Assembly (NCBI GenBank): GCA_964419145.1
Contig: CAYQOM010000002.1
Coordinates: 726,511 to 790,510 of the forward strand
Reading direction: 5' to 3'
DNA length: 64,000 bases
Source of the DNA: an uncultured Roseivirgaceae bacterium
GTDB taxonomy: Bacteria > Bacteroidota > Bacteroidia > Cytophagales > Cyclobacteriaceae
Shown: positions 1 to 11,400 of the stretch, piece by piece
Layout of the letters: the number at the start of each line of letters is the position of its first letter
How positions within the stretch are numbered: position 1 is the first letter of the stretch
The notes under the pieces: model-generated
The model's input: only the letters and a program-made list of their open reading frames with translations
Told to the model about the DNA's origin: nothing
The model's database searches: none
Made by a program: the position numbers and the translations under genes

Positions 1-1522
1 GCAGAATAGCCGGTAAATCACTAATGCTTGCACTGATCTGAACATCTGAGTCACCTACTTTCAAATTGAAGTGGTCAATAACAGCTTTGTGTCCATCCAT
101 GCTGGCTTTAATATCCAGATCTTGTATGGGCAGGTGATAGGATGGTGTGGTGAAGCTCAGGTTTTTAACATCCAATTCAGTGAAGTAGGATTCGTTCAAT
201 CGTTCAATGCTTCTTTCAGGCCTGGATAAATCAACGATGTCATGAAAGTTCATGGTGAGTGCAACTTCACCCTTCAAATCCTGCAAATCGGTTATGTTCA
301 GGAATTGAGCCAGAAAATCAAGTTGAAATTCGGAACGAATTTGCATGTCAATTTCCGGTGAATTGAAATTCTTTACTTTCAGATTGCCGCTGAACGTTCC
401 TGCTTCGGGTTTTGCAGAGAAATCCAGTAAATGAAATTCCATTGTCTGTACCGTTCCCGAATCACCGGTAGTAAAGTGTCCTTTAAAGAATAGGTCATCC
501 AATCGCTTGCTTGAGATTTTATTATTGAAGAAGGCATCTTCACAACCGAAGTCGGCCGTAACCCGTGGGTTATAACCGTTAGCGGCTTTGCCTGTAATAG
601 ACGCATTGAAGAAAATCTTTCCGGCATTTTCATAGCGCTGAAAAACCGGATCAAGTTCTTCCGGTGCAAAGGCCAGGAACAAATCGAAGTTGGGCTTGTT
701 TCCTTCTATCCGGATGTCCAGGTTTAGATCATCATCCACATTCACAGAGCCATCCACTTTAAAATAAGCCCGTTCCAATCGAAGTTCAGAAGGCTGCACC
801 GTAAGGATATGCTTTACTTCATCATAGTCGAGTTGTGTGTGTACTTCAAAATGTTTATGCTTAACAAAAGTTGTGTCGCCCGCTGAAATAATGTTTAATA
901 GAAAGCGACTGTCAAGCGCTATAAGCATGTGATCCTCAACATCTTTGAATCTTGATTTTGCATCGTTGATAAAGAACTCCAATACCAGGTTGTTGGCTTC
1001 ATTGATTTTCAGAATATCAATATCGCTGAGTTGAATCATTTTCAAATCCATGTGAAACTCTTCACTGGCATCTTCAATTTCCTTGGTGGTGGTTAGCGCA
1101 TTTGAAATATTGAACGATCCATCGATATGCTGTATGAGTTTAATGGTTCCATTCGAAAGTTTTAACGACTTCACTTCAAACGTTCCCCGAAGCAAAGTCC
1201 AGATGTCGAAGCCGAGGTATATATCCTCAACTTCAACCAGGGGCTTATCCACTTTTTCTTTGTCTTCGTAAATGCGTACATGATCCAGGTCGATGGAGAT
1301 GTATGGAAAATTGGCAAACGGGGAAATGTGACTATCGTCAATTTCCAATGTTCCGGTAAAGTCTTCATTAAGTGTGGCGATTAATTCCTGTACTACGGTA
1401 TCTTGTTTCCAAAAAAGCAAACCGGTAAGGATACCAAACAGAAGTGCGGGTATCAGAATGACCAGGGCAATTAGTTGTTTAAGTCTTGTACGTGATAATT
1501 TTTTAGGATTCAACTCTGTCAT
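1..1522 (-). CDS. AsmA-like envelope biogenesis protein, N-terminal ~507 codons (C-terminus lies beyond the window edge)
   Basis: Absent from the ORF track because it runs off the window. The minus-strand ATG at 1520-1522 opens a frame that I translated without a stop down to base 1. The N-terminus MTELNPKKLSRTRLKQLIALVILIPALLFGILTGLLFW is a single TM anchor. It is followed by a long beta-rich region (…TLEIDDSHISPFANFPYISIDLDHVRIYED…). The family call is by resemblance only. Confidence 0.5.
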   Translation of the reverse strand, partial: MTELNPKKLSRTRLKQLIALVILIPALLFGILTGLLFWKQDTVVQELIATLNEDFTGTLEIDDSHISPFANFPYISIDLDHVRIYEDKEKVDKPLVEVEDIYLGFDIWTLLRGTFEVKSLKLSNGTIKLIQHIDGSFNISNALTTTKEIEDASEEFHMDLKMIQLSDIDILKINEANNLVLEFFINDAKSRFKDVEDHMLIALDSRFLLNIISAGDTTFVKHKHFEVHTQLDYDEVKHILTVQPSELRLERAYFKVDGSVNVDDDLNLDIRIEGNKPNFDLFLAFAPEELDPVFQRYENAGKIFFNASITGKAANGYNPRVTADFGCEDAFFNNKISSKRLDDLFFKGHFTTGDSGTVQTMEFHLLDFSAKPEAGTFSGNLKVKNFNSPEIDMQIRSEFQLDFLAQFLNITDLQDLKGEVALTMNFHDIVDLSRPERSIERLNESYFTELDVKNLSFTTPSYHLPIQDLDIKASMDGHKAVIDHFNLKVGDSDVQISASISDLPAIL

Positions 1523-1601
1523 CAACGATTAGGAATTCTGTTACACTTCGCTGACAAAGATATTGAAATGTGACTAAACTGACTTGTATCTTCTGTGAAG
1601 A

Positions 1602-2648
1602 TCAGGTTATTTCCGTATCGAGGCGTGTGGTTACAAAAGTTTGTTCTGTTTGGCCCAGTGTTGATGTTCGTTGTTTGGTTTCGGCTGTTGCAATGGCTAC
1701 GGATTCTGCTTCTTTGCAAATAAACTGATGTTCTGATATGCGTAGTAAGTTATCGTAAGGGCCGCTTTTTGAAATGAGCTTTACCATTATCGGGGCGGTT
1801 TCAACAATAATGAATAGGAGAATGATAAATACATTGGCCCACCAGATGGCGCTGCTTTGTTGGGTCAGGCGGCTGAGTGCTTCAAGCCTTGCAGCGGGAC
1901 CGTCACGTTTACTGCGTTCAAGGGTTAACAAGGTAGCATTTAGTATGGAATCCTGCTTGCCCAGATTGGCTTCAAGCATTTGGATGCGTGCAGCACTACG
2001 ATCAGTCAATTCGCGAAGTTCTGCTTCTGCTTTATCGGCATCGGCTTTTTTAAGTTTATAAATGGGACCAAGGTTTCTGCGTTTGCTTCCACCTGTTCCA
2101 TCAGCTTCTTGTTGTGCCGCCTTAACCAAAGCGTTTCGTTGTTGTTCTTTTTCAAGGATTTCCGTTTTCAAATCGTTGATCTGGTTTTGCATGGATAGTA
2201 GGGTAGGGTCGAAGCGATTGCGGGTTTCAGTTTCTTGTCGCTTAAATACTTCCTGCTCCATAATAACCAACTCGGGTTCAATCTCCTTTTCAAATATTTT
2301 TAATTCCAGAGGTTTTGCAATAATCAATGAAATGGCAATGGCCAGCACAATACGGGGTGTTGCCATTATCCATTCGCGTTTTGAGTTGTTTTCCTTGCGC
2401 ATGCTGGAAACGATGTACCGATCAAGATTAAAAATCATCAACCCCCAGATGAGGCCCAGAATTCCAGCAATCCAGTAACTGTTGAACACAGTGAATAGGG
2501 CATAACCGGAAGCCAATGCGGCAAACACACCTGTAAAAAATATGGTGGCTCCAATGCCAACGTACTTGCTTGTTTCGGTCGGACATTCTTCCAGTAGTTT
2601 TCTATCAACACCGGAAGCAAAAAGAAAGAAGGAAGTGATTCGCTGCAT
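1602..2648 (-). CDS. DUF4407-like membrane protein with central coiled coil
   Basis: 348 aa. The N-terminal motif is FLFASGVDRKLLEECPTETSKYVGIGATIFFTGVFAALASGYALFTVF. TM helices flank a long charged coiled-coil segment (…EKEQQRNALVKAAQQEADGTGGSKRRNLGPIYKLKKADADKAEAELREL…). This matches my recollection of the DUF4407 family. Confidence 0.6.
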   Translation of the reverse strand: MQRITSFFLFASGVDRKLLEECPTETSKYVGIGATIFFTGVFAALASGYALFTVFNSYWIAGILGLIWGLMIFNLDRYIVSSMRKENNSKREWIMATPRIVLAIAISLIIAKPLELKIFEKEIEPELVIMEQEVFKRQETETRNRFDPTLLSMQNQINDLKTEILEKEQQRNALVKAAQQEADGTGGSKRRNLGPIYKLKKADADKAEAELRELTDRSAARIQMLEANLGKQDSILNATLLTLERSKRDGPAARLEALSRLTQQSSAIWWANVFIILLFIIVETAPIMVKLISKSGPYDNLLRISEHQFICKEAESVAIATAETKQRTSTLGQTEQTFVTTRLDTEIT

Positions 2649-2782
2649 GCTTGAAGTAACGATTAGGTTTTGGTGATCGTATACATCAAACCCAATAAAT
2701 ATGCCATGAATAAAATCAAAGCATATTCACAAGCTCAGGTAGTAAAGGCGATCAACTTGTACGCGTGTGAACAGGTCAGTGT

Positions 2783-3925
2783 TCACTTTTTAACAAGCTG
2801 CTCGGTAATGGTTAGCGCAATCCGGTATAAACCAAGTTTTATAGTTTTAAAATCACTGCTATTGGTTTGGAGTGCCATGCACACATTATGTTCAGGGAAA
2901 TAGATGAGCTCGGTAAGGTACCCGGGAAAGAATCCGCTGTGGCCATACGCAACCCCCATTGGGGTTTGACGGATGATAACGCCCAGCCCGTATTTGGAGT
3001 TGGGTCCGAGTTTTGCGGGTACACCGTCCAACATCAGCGACATGGATTCTGAATTTAGCACCTGACCGCCATATAATAGTTTTCCCCAACGGGCAAGGTC
3101 TTCGGTGGTCGAGTAGATGCCGCCTCCCGTCCATTCAAATTGTGGATTAATAATAAAGTCACCATTATCCTTCACCACTCTATCCTGACCACCAAACGGA
3201 TTGTCTTTTCCGGCATAGGCTTGTGCCAATCCCGGTAAATTGATTTTATCAGAAGGGAATGTGTTTGATAAATTAAATGGCGTAAGAATTTCTTTTTGCA
3301 ACCTAGTATAATACGGTTGCCCGGTAATCTTCTCAAGGATCATTCCGAGCAGAATATAATTCGTATCTGAATATTCCCAGCCTTCCCCGGCTTTGAAAGA
3401 TGGTTGCTCATCCAATATGTATTGCAGCAGCTCTTCGGGTTTCCAGGTTTTGGTTGGAGCTTTTGTAAGATCGACTGCAAACTGTTCTTTGAATTCGTAC
3501 CGCATAATTCCGCTGGTGTGGTTCATGAGCATCTTTACGGTAACATCATTGGCATTGGGTATTCGCGCAAACCAGCTGTGATGAGCAAGATGGGCAGATA
3601 CCTTTTCTTCTAGCTTAAGTTTACCTGATTCAACCAGTTTTAAGGCAACAGCAGCCACATAGGTTTTGCCTACACTGCCTTGTAAAAATCTATCGGATGG
3701 TTTTAATGGAGCGTTGGCTTCCTTATCTGAAAAGCCGGATGAGAAATTGAGAGGGGCATTTTCTTCTGTAATAATCGATACACTTAGTCCGGGAAGATTT
3801 CCGACAATCCGTAAGGAATCGACAAGTGATTTGATTTTTGCAGGATCAACCTGTGCATGGGTTAGCGCTGGTACCAACAGCAGTGCCGCGCATAAGCAAG
3901 TAAGTTTGTACAATATAGATTTCAT
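2783..3925 (-). CDS. Secreted serine hydrolase, beta-lactamase/transpeptidase-like (class C-related) family
   Basis: 380 aa with a signal peptide (MKSILYKLTCLCAALLLVPALTHAQ). It has an SxxK motif (GSVGKT) and a Y-x-N motif (YSDTNY), and the overall length is typical of the family. Confidence 0.8.
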   Translation of the reverse strand: MKSILYKLTCLCAALLLVPALTHAQVDPAKIKSLVDSLRIVGNLPGLSVSIITEENAPLNFSSGFSDKEANAPLKPSDRFLQGSVGKTYVAAVALKLVESGKLKLEEKVSAHLAHHSWFARIPNANDVTVKMLMNHTSGIMRYEFKEQFAVDLTKAPTKTWKPEELLQYILDEQPSFKAGEGWEYSDTNYILLGMILEKITGQPYYTRLQKEILTPFNLSNTFPSDKINLPGLAQAYAGKDNPFGGQDRVVKDNGDFIINPQFEWTGGGIYSTTEDLARWGKLLYGGQVLNSESMSLMLDGVPAKLGPNSKYGLGVIIRQTPMGVAYGHSGFFPGYLTELIYFPEHNVCMALQTNSSDFKTIKLGLYRIALTITEQLVKK

Positions 3926-3984
3926 CCTGCCGAGATAGCCTGATTTTGACTAACTCACAAAAGGTATGTGTTAACCGGTATTTA

Positions 3985-4386
3985 TTATTTGTTAACCAGG
4001 TGTTTATCGATGAGGGCTTTAAGGGAAACCACGGTATCGGAAACCATGGGTTTAACAAAAAAGTCCAATACATAGGGGTTGGTGCCTACCGATTCCCGGT
4101 CGGTTTTGTCGGATGATGATGTGACAATGAAAACCATGGTATTCTCCGGACTGGCGAAAGTTTTCAATTCCTCCAAAAATTTCCATCCATCCATCACAGG
4201 CATATTTAAATCGAGCAGAATGATGTATTTTGTATGTCGTGTATAGTCCCTTTCAAGGTATTGAATGGCTTCAAGACCATTTTTGAATACCAACGGAGAA
4301 TCGCTAAGTTCATGTTTAATGATGAGGTGCTTCATCATCAACACAACAACGGGATCGTCATCTACTATTATTACCTGGTGGCTCAT
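3985..4386 (-). CDS. Single-domain response regulator (receiver only)
   Basis: 133 aa. It has the acidic pocket IIVDDDP, the phospho-acceptor context IILLDLNMPVMDG, T/S at FIVTSS and Lys at FFVKP. There is no output domain. Confidence 0.85.
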   Translation of the reverse strand: MSHQVIIVDDDPVVVLMMKHLIIKHELSDSPLVFKNGLEAIQYLERDYTRHTKYIILLDLNMPVMDGWKFLEELKTFASPENTMVFIVTSSSDKTDRESVGTNPYVLDFFVKPMVSDTVVSLKALIDKHLVNK

Positions 4387-4389
4387 GCG

Positions 4390-5394
4390 CTAGTCCTTAA
4401 TTACTGATTGCGATTTATCAACTATATCTTTAATGATTACATCCACTTCTTCTGCCGAAGAGACAACGTGGCCGAGATACATTTCTTTTTCTTGCTCGTT
4501 AAGCCCCCCCGTTTTAATCAGATCAATCAATCCGATTAATCGTGCAACGGGTGCGCGTACAATGTGGGATTGCGTCCAGGCGATGTCGCGTAACCTGTCG
4601 TTTTGGATTTCGATGGCCGTCATGTGCCGTAGTTTTTCGGTAACATCTGATGCCTGCACAATGGTGGCTTGCAGACCCTTAAAATGAATGGCATTGATGC
4701 TCAATTCAACAAAAATTTCATCTCCATTACTTTTCCGGTGCTTATAGGTGCCCGGCAAGGTGCGTGGTCCGGTGCCAGCATTCAATGCCGTTATAAATGT
4801 ATCGAGTCCATCATCAGCCCATAATTGATTAAGGGTAAACGACAGAAATTCATGTTGACTGTATCCATAATGTTGGATGGCGGATTCGTTTACATCTAAA
4901 AAGGCCAGGCTGCCCTGATCATACACCCAAAGTGGAGCAGGGCTTAAATGGAACAAATCCATGTAGCGCTTTTCTGATTCCTTCAGTGACTGAACAAACC
5001 GATGCCGCTCAATAGCGTAAAGAATACTCTTATAAAGTACCAACGCATTGATGGTGTCTTTCACCAGGTAATCGGAAACACCGAGCGAAAGTGCTTTTAT
5101 GGCAAAGTCCAGGTCGCCATAGCCGGTAAGAATGATAACCGGATTTGTTACGCTTAGTTTGCGGGCTTCTTCAATCAGGTTCTCGCGACTGATATCCGGC
5201 AAGGAAAGATCAAGCAGCACGATATTGAAATTGCCATTTTCATTTTGATACAGTTGCCTGAATTCTTTAAATGTGCTGGCCTTAAAAATACTGACCTTTA
5301 GCAGGTGCTCTTCCAGGTACTCTTCCACCAACAATTGATCTCCTGGGTTATCCTCTACGATCAGTATCCTATAGTGATTAGTATCGGGCTTCAT
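4390..5394 (-). CDS. REC-PAS protein ending in a DHp/HisKA-like helix, with no ATPase domain
   Basis: 334 aa. The receiver shows ILIVEDNPGD and NIVLLDLSLPD. The PAS module is KRYMDLFHLSPAPLWVYDQGSLAFLDVNESAIQHYGYSQHEFL. The C-terminus carries an H-box-like segment WTQSHIVRAPVARLIGLIDLI, and the protein ends about 60 aa later. No N/G1/G2 boxes are present. Confidence 0.75.
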   Translation of the reverse strand: MKPDTNHYRILIVEDNPGDQLLVEEYLEEHLLKVSIFKASTFKEFRQLYQNENGNFNIVLLDLSLPDISRENLIEEARKLSVTNPVIILTGYGDLDFAIKALSLGVSDYLVKDTINALVLYKSILYAIERHRFVQSLKESEKRYMDLFHLSPAPLWVYDQGSLAFLDVNESAIQHYGYSQHEFLSFTLNQLWADDGLDTFITALNAGTGPRTLPGTYKHRKSNGDEIFVELSINAIHFKGLQATIVQASDVTEKLRHMTAIEIQNDRLRDIAWTQSHIVRAPVARLIGLIDLIKTGGLNEQEKEMYLGHVVSSAEEVDVIIKDIVDKSQSVIKD

Positions 5395-5487
5395 TAAGGT
5401 TAAGGCTTTCGATGGTGCTGATTTTTATTCAATGTAAGGCAATTGGTCAGACTCCGCATTCGGTTTAATGAAGTAAGCTAACAATTT

Positions 5488-8400
5488 TTAAGATATCTTT
5501 TTCTCCACCGAAATATTATCCCCGACCTGCTTTTCACTAACCAGGCTATGGGGAAGGGTGAAGAAAAACGTACTTCCCTGATCCGGCTCTGACTCCACCC
5601 AAATACGCCCCCCGAAGTTTTTGATAATCTTTTTTACGATGGAAAGTCCGATACCGGTTCCACCATATTGATCGCGGGTGTGCAGGCGCTGAAAAATGAC
5701 AAAGATTTTGTCGTAGTATTCTTTGTCTATGCCAATACCATTATCCTGAACGGAGAACAACCAGTTATTCTCTTGTTTTTCGGCCTTAATGTTGATTTGA
5801 GGTGCAACATCTGGCTTCGCATACTTTAACGCGTTTCCAACCAGGTTTTGAAATACCTGTGTGATGGGTAACCGATGCACGTAAAGTGCCGGAAGTTCAT
5901 CCACCTGTATGTTGGCTCCTTTGGCTTCGATATTATCGCGTTGTATGGCTGTTAATTCCTTCACCAGTTCATTCAGGTCAATCCATTCGGGTACCCCGGT
6001 ATGGCGGCCAACGCGCGAAAACTCCAGCAGATCAAGAATGATTTGCCGCATGCGTTTGGCACCATCGACAGCAAAATGGATGTATTGGTGCGCCTTGTCA
6101 TCAAGCACGTCCCCATATCTGCGCTCCAATTGAGTAAGGAAGCTGCTAACCATGCGTAAGGGCTCCTGTAGATCGTGCGAAGCGATATAGGCGAACTGTT
6201 CCAGTTCGCGATTGGAGAGTTCCAGATCTTTCTTCTGTTTGGCCAGTTGCCTGTTTAATTGCTGAAGCGAATCCTCGTAATCTTTTCGATAGCTGATGTC
6301 GGTCATGGCTCCAACAACCCGTTTGGCTCTACCAAATTCATCGCGTATAAATACGGCCCGGTCAATGACGAACGCATAGTTACCATCGGCCATCATAAAC
6401 CGGTATTCTTCAAACCAGTTGGTGGTTTTCGGATCATTTAGTGCGCGATTAATTTTATCCAACGTTTTCTGTCGATCGTCAGGGTGTATCAAGCTGACCA
6501 ATAAATCGAATGAAGGTTTTATGGTTTGCAAGTCATAACCAAATTGTGTACTAAATCCCTTACCCCAGAACAATTCATTTTTTGAAGCGTCAAAATCCCA
6601 CACCGCATCGTTGGTGGCTTCTGCAATTTTTTCAAAGCGTTCGTTCGATTGTTGAACTTCCCGTTCTGCAATTTTACGGATGCTTACGTCTTTAAAGTAA
6701 ACGGATAATCCCTGTTCAGAAGGATAAGCACTCACTTCAAACCATTGATCAGTTGCCGGGTAATATTCATCAAATTGAACGTTTTCGCCTGTGTCCATCG
6801 CCCGATGGTATTCGGTGTAAAACTTCAACCCAATAGCATCAGCATATTCTTCCCATAAATTTTTACCAATGACGGCCTCCCGCTTTTTACCTAATACCTT
6901 TTCTGCTTCCTTGTTCCAATAGAGTACTGTCCAGTTCCGGTCTAACGCAAAAAATGCATCACCGATACTTTCAAGAATGGTATCTCTTTCGTGCAGTAAT
7001 TGCTGACGGGCCAGCTCCAGCGTTTTCTCTTTATGTATATCCTGGAAGCTGCCGAATAAGCGAATGACTTTTCCATTATGGAATTCGGCCTGGCCGATGC
7101 TACGAACCCAGCGTTCATTGCCTTTAGCGGTGATGATGGGAAGTTGAAAATCCCATGGTTTACCGGTACGCATCCCTTCTTCAACTTTTTCGCGAACAAG
7201 ATTGCGGGTGTCCTCTCGATAAAATCCTATACCGCTATTCAGATCAGGTATAAAATCATCTTCCACTTCATGAATTTCACGGGTTATTCTGGACCAATAC
7301 ACCGTGTCCTTGATCGTGTCAACTTCCCAGCTACCGATTCGGGCAAGTCGCGCAGCGTTTGCGAGCAATTGTTCCAGTTCTTTTACTTCGGTAATATCGC
7401 GTCCATAGGCAAAAACAAATCCATCTTCGCCAAAAACATCAGAAGAGCTCCATTCAATCCACCGGTATTGACCGGATTTTGTCAGATACCGGTTAGTAAA
7501 ATTATTGGCCTTGCGGTCACCGGTAATGGTTTCTTTATATTCCTTAACAGTATCACTTAAATCATCCGGGTGAATAAATTTACTAAAGAGTTGGCTGGTG
7601 ATCTCTTCTTCCGTATAGCCCAACAATTTACAAAAGGCAGGATTTACCTTAGCAAAGTGCCCGTGAGGAGAAGCTATGGCGAGAATGTCAGGCGAACTTT
7701 GAAACAAGTGGAGCATCTCTTCTTCCTGCTGTTTACGAACCACCTCGCTACCGAGGTAGCTGATTAGCGGATAGTACAGTTCCAGTTTTGGTTTGTCCCA
7801 GCTTAACGATTGATGTGAACAAAAGACCAGAACACCCACTACTTTGTTGTTGTGAAGTAAAGGCATTCCGAATGCAGCGCGTAATCCTAACTGTCGGGCA
7901 ATGCTATGCCGTAAAAATACGTTCTCCTTATCTACGTTGTCCCAAACCTTAGCTTCGCTGTCGCGCCAAACCACTCCAGGCAAACCTTCTCCTTTTTTTA
8001 ACTGCCCGAGTTTCCTGCTTTCTTCAACATAAGCTTCCAGTGATGCTTTTTCAACGTGTATGGATAGTAACTTGAGGTGACTTTCATCAGCACTGGTCAA
8101 CCAAAGCTCTGCTGTCTGATAATCATTAAACAGCGCCAGGTATTCGCACACCTGGTTTGAAATAGTTCGTAATGGATTGTGGGTGGCGAAAAATTCTGAA
8201 ACCTGTTGCTGAATTTGCTTTTGATGTAGCCGTTGTTGTTTTTCTGATACATCGCGCAACACGCCAATCATGCGTATGGGTTTGCCTTTCGCATCACGAA
8301 TCAGGTATCCAATTTCTTCAGTATAGGCGTATGTACCATCGGCCCGTTTAAACCGGAATTCCTTGTGCCATTTATTTTCTTTCGGATCGCTCATGAAGTG

Positions 8401-11400
8401 ATCCCAGGCGGGCTGGTTTGCTTTGGCATCTGCCTGATGCATCAATTTTACCCAGTCGGCCAACGTAAACGTTTTGTTATTAAACTGATGACCAAAGGTA
8501 CGCTCAAATCCATCACCCCAGGTATACACATCTGTTTCAATATCCCACTCGTAGATGGCATCGTTGGTTGCTTTGTTGATGTAGTTGAAGCGTTCGTTTG
8601 TTTCCTCCAGTTTCCGAAGCATACTCTCCCGCTCAGTTACATCGTGGGAGGCTATAATCAGGCACGGCCTGTTATTGTACGTGATTCTTCTTCCTAAGAT
8701 ATCCACCCGTATCAACTTACCGCTTTTAACCTGATGGGTAACCATTCCAAACTGAATCAAATCGCTTGTGCTGGTATGTACTTCTTTCAAAGCTTGATGA
8801 ACGACAGGAAGTTCATTTTTCGGACGAACATCCAAAATGGTCATATTCAGAAACTCTTCGCGTGAATAACCATAGGCCCTTATAGCAGACTCATTTACAT
8901 CCAGAAACTTCAAGGTTTCCAGATCGAATATCCATTTCGGTATCGGACTGGTGTTGAACAGGTCAATGTATTTCTTTTCAGATTCCTGAAGTTTTTGAAG
9001 GGCTTCAATGCGTTGGGTCACATCGCGGAAGTTGTCTACGATTCCGTTGATGCCCGGATCGTGAAGCATATTGGTGATGGTGGCCTCTAGCCAACGCCAG
9101 CTTCCATCTTTATGTTTTGTTCGGGATGTATAACCCTGGATGGGTATGCCGGGTTTCTGAAGTACTTCTTCCATTTTTGCAGCCACATGAGGCGCGTCAT
9201 CCGGGTGAAGTACCTCAAACAGATTTAAGTTAAGGGCTTCTTCTTCTGTATAGCCGAGCACACGCATTATAGAAGGGGATACATAGAAGGGCTTTCCGGT
9301 TATATCCAGAATAACAAGTGCATCCGCACCATTCTCAACCAAAGCCCTGAAGCGTCTTTCGCTTTGGATCAGTAAATTTTCTGTTTTTCTGCGTTCGGTA
9401 ATGTTTTGGGCTGTTCCATACAAGCGAACGACTTTTCCTTTTTCATCTTTTTCCGCATATCCATACTCTTCAATTATTCGTTTTTCGCCAGAAGGAGTAG
9501 TGATGCGATACTCGATATGAAACGGTTCACCGGTTTCCTGCGACCGTTTACTGGTTGTAACCACCAATTCGCGATCGGCTTCATCAACCAGGCCTACAAA
9601 GGAACCATGTGTTTCTTTAAAGACTCGTTCTTCATCGCCAAATACATCATACAATGCATCCGACCAGGTGAGTCTGTCAGTTCGAAAATCAAAATTCCAA
9701 TTTCCCATTTTCGCGACCCGTTGCGCTTCATTCATCAACGCCTCGCTTTCCTGAATCAACCTATTTGCTTCTAAAATCTCACTGGCATCGCGGGCAACAC
9801 AATAGATTAATTTTTCTTCATTATTGCGGCTGATTGACCAACTTAATGGAACAACATTTCCATTTTTATGAATGTACCGGTTTTCATAATGGTAGGTGGT
9901 TAATCCTTTTTCAGCAGCAGCTACTACCTCGGGTATTTTAGGCGCATCTTCCGGGTGAATGAAATCGGTATATGGCCGCCCGATAAATTCTTCAGGTTTG
10001 TAGCCAAGGATATGCTCAACAGCAGCACTTACTTTAATGAAAATGCCTTGCTCGTTTAATACACAAATCATATCCAGCGACTGATCCATGAGCTTTTGTA
10101 TCTCGGCATAGCTTTCCTCAAGTTGCTGCTGCTTTTGCTTGAGTTGATTGGCTACAGTAAGCTGATCAATAAATAAGGATAATGTAGTGGCAATGGATTC
10201 AATTAATTGGTTTTCTTCTGGAAGAAAGACAGTTCCATGCGGTCCTGTGCGTTGTTCGAGGTACGAGACTGCGATTTGTAAATTCTGTCCATCATTGGTT
10301 GTACGTTTTGTGGATTGAAACCACGGGGTTATTTCGCAAGCAGTTGAGGTAAATACTTCGGTGCCGTAGGTAATGGTGGCACAAGCAATATCATCATGTT
10401 GCCAACCTTGTGGAATAATGTCAACCGCTTGTTGCAACAACTCATCGATGGTGATGCCTGGCTTGTTCAGGTTAGAAATGGCCGATAAGCAAGCTTGTTC
10501 TTTTACACGTTCTTTTAAGGCGAGTAGGGTTGAGGCCAGTTCCAGTTCAACCGTTTTTCGTTCGCTGATTTCCGTGTGTGTACCCATCATCATCAACGGC
10601 TTGCCATCTTCTGTCCAGGTAACTATACGGCCACGGTCGTTCACCCACACGGCATGTCCGTCTTTGTGGATCATCCTACACTCAAGGTCATAATATTCAC
10701 GTTCCCGATTGAAACAAGCCTTTAATTGTTCATCAGAACGAGGAGCATCTTCCGGATGCACAAGCCTGTACCAGGTTTCAATGCTGATGGGTTTTAATTC
10801 GTTGAGTGTATAGCCAACAATTTCAGCCCAACGTTCATTGATCACCAATTCACCGGTTTGCACGTTCCATTCCCACGTGGCTACCCGTGTGGCTTCAATG
10901 ATGTTACCCAACCGTTCGGATTGATGCTGCCATTCGCGTTTATGCTTTTCAGCACGAAGTCGTGTTCTGCGAAGCTCCAGTAACTGCATTACCTGGCCGG
11001 CTAATGACTTCAATGCTTCTTGCTGCCCCTCATCCAACGACTTTGGTTTTGAGTCGATCACGCAAAGTGTTCCAATGGCTATACCTTCGGGCGTGACGAG
11101 CGGAGCTCCGGTATAAAAAACAATGTGGGGCTTTCCGGTAACCAACGGATTTTTAGCAAAACGTTTGTCCTTGCGTGCATCATTAACAATAAATAAATCA
11201 TGTCCATTGTTCAGCGCATGTGCACAAAACGATTGCTCAATGGGGGTTTCCTGAAGATCTAATCCATAATGCGATTTGAAAAATTGTCGTTTGTCGTCCA
11301 GTAACGTAATCAGGCTGATGGACGTATCGCACAGGTAAGCAGCCAAACGGGTAATGTTGTCAAATTCGGACTCGGGTAATGTGTCCAGAATCTGGTATGT

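Noticed and set aside
7078-10693. Several 100-160-aa plus-strand ORFs inside the giant kinase gene (for example 7078-7560, 8365-8697, 9406-9774 and 10373-10693)
   Set aside because: All are antisense to a continuous 1984-codon frame with repeated PAS/GAF/kinase motifs. None shows any motif of its own.
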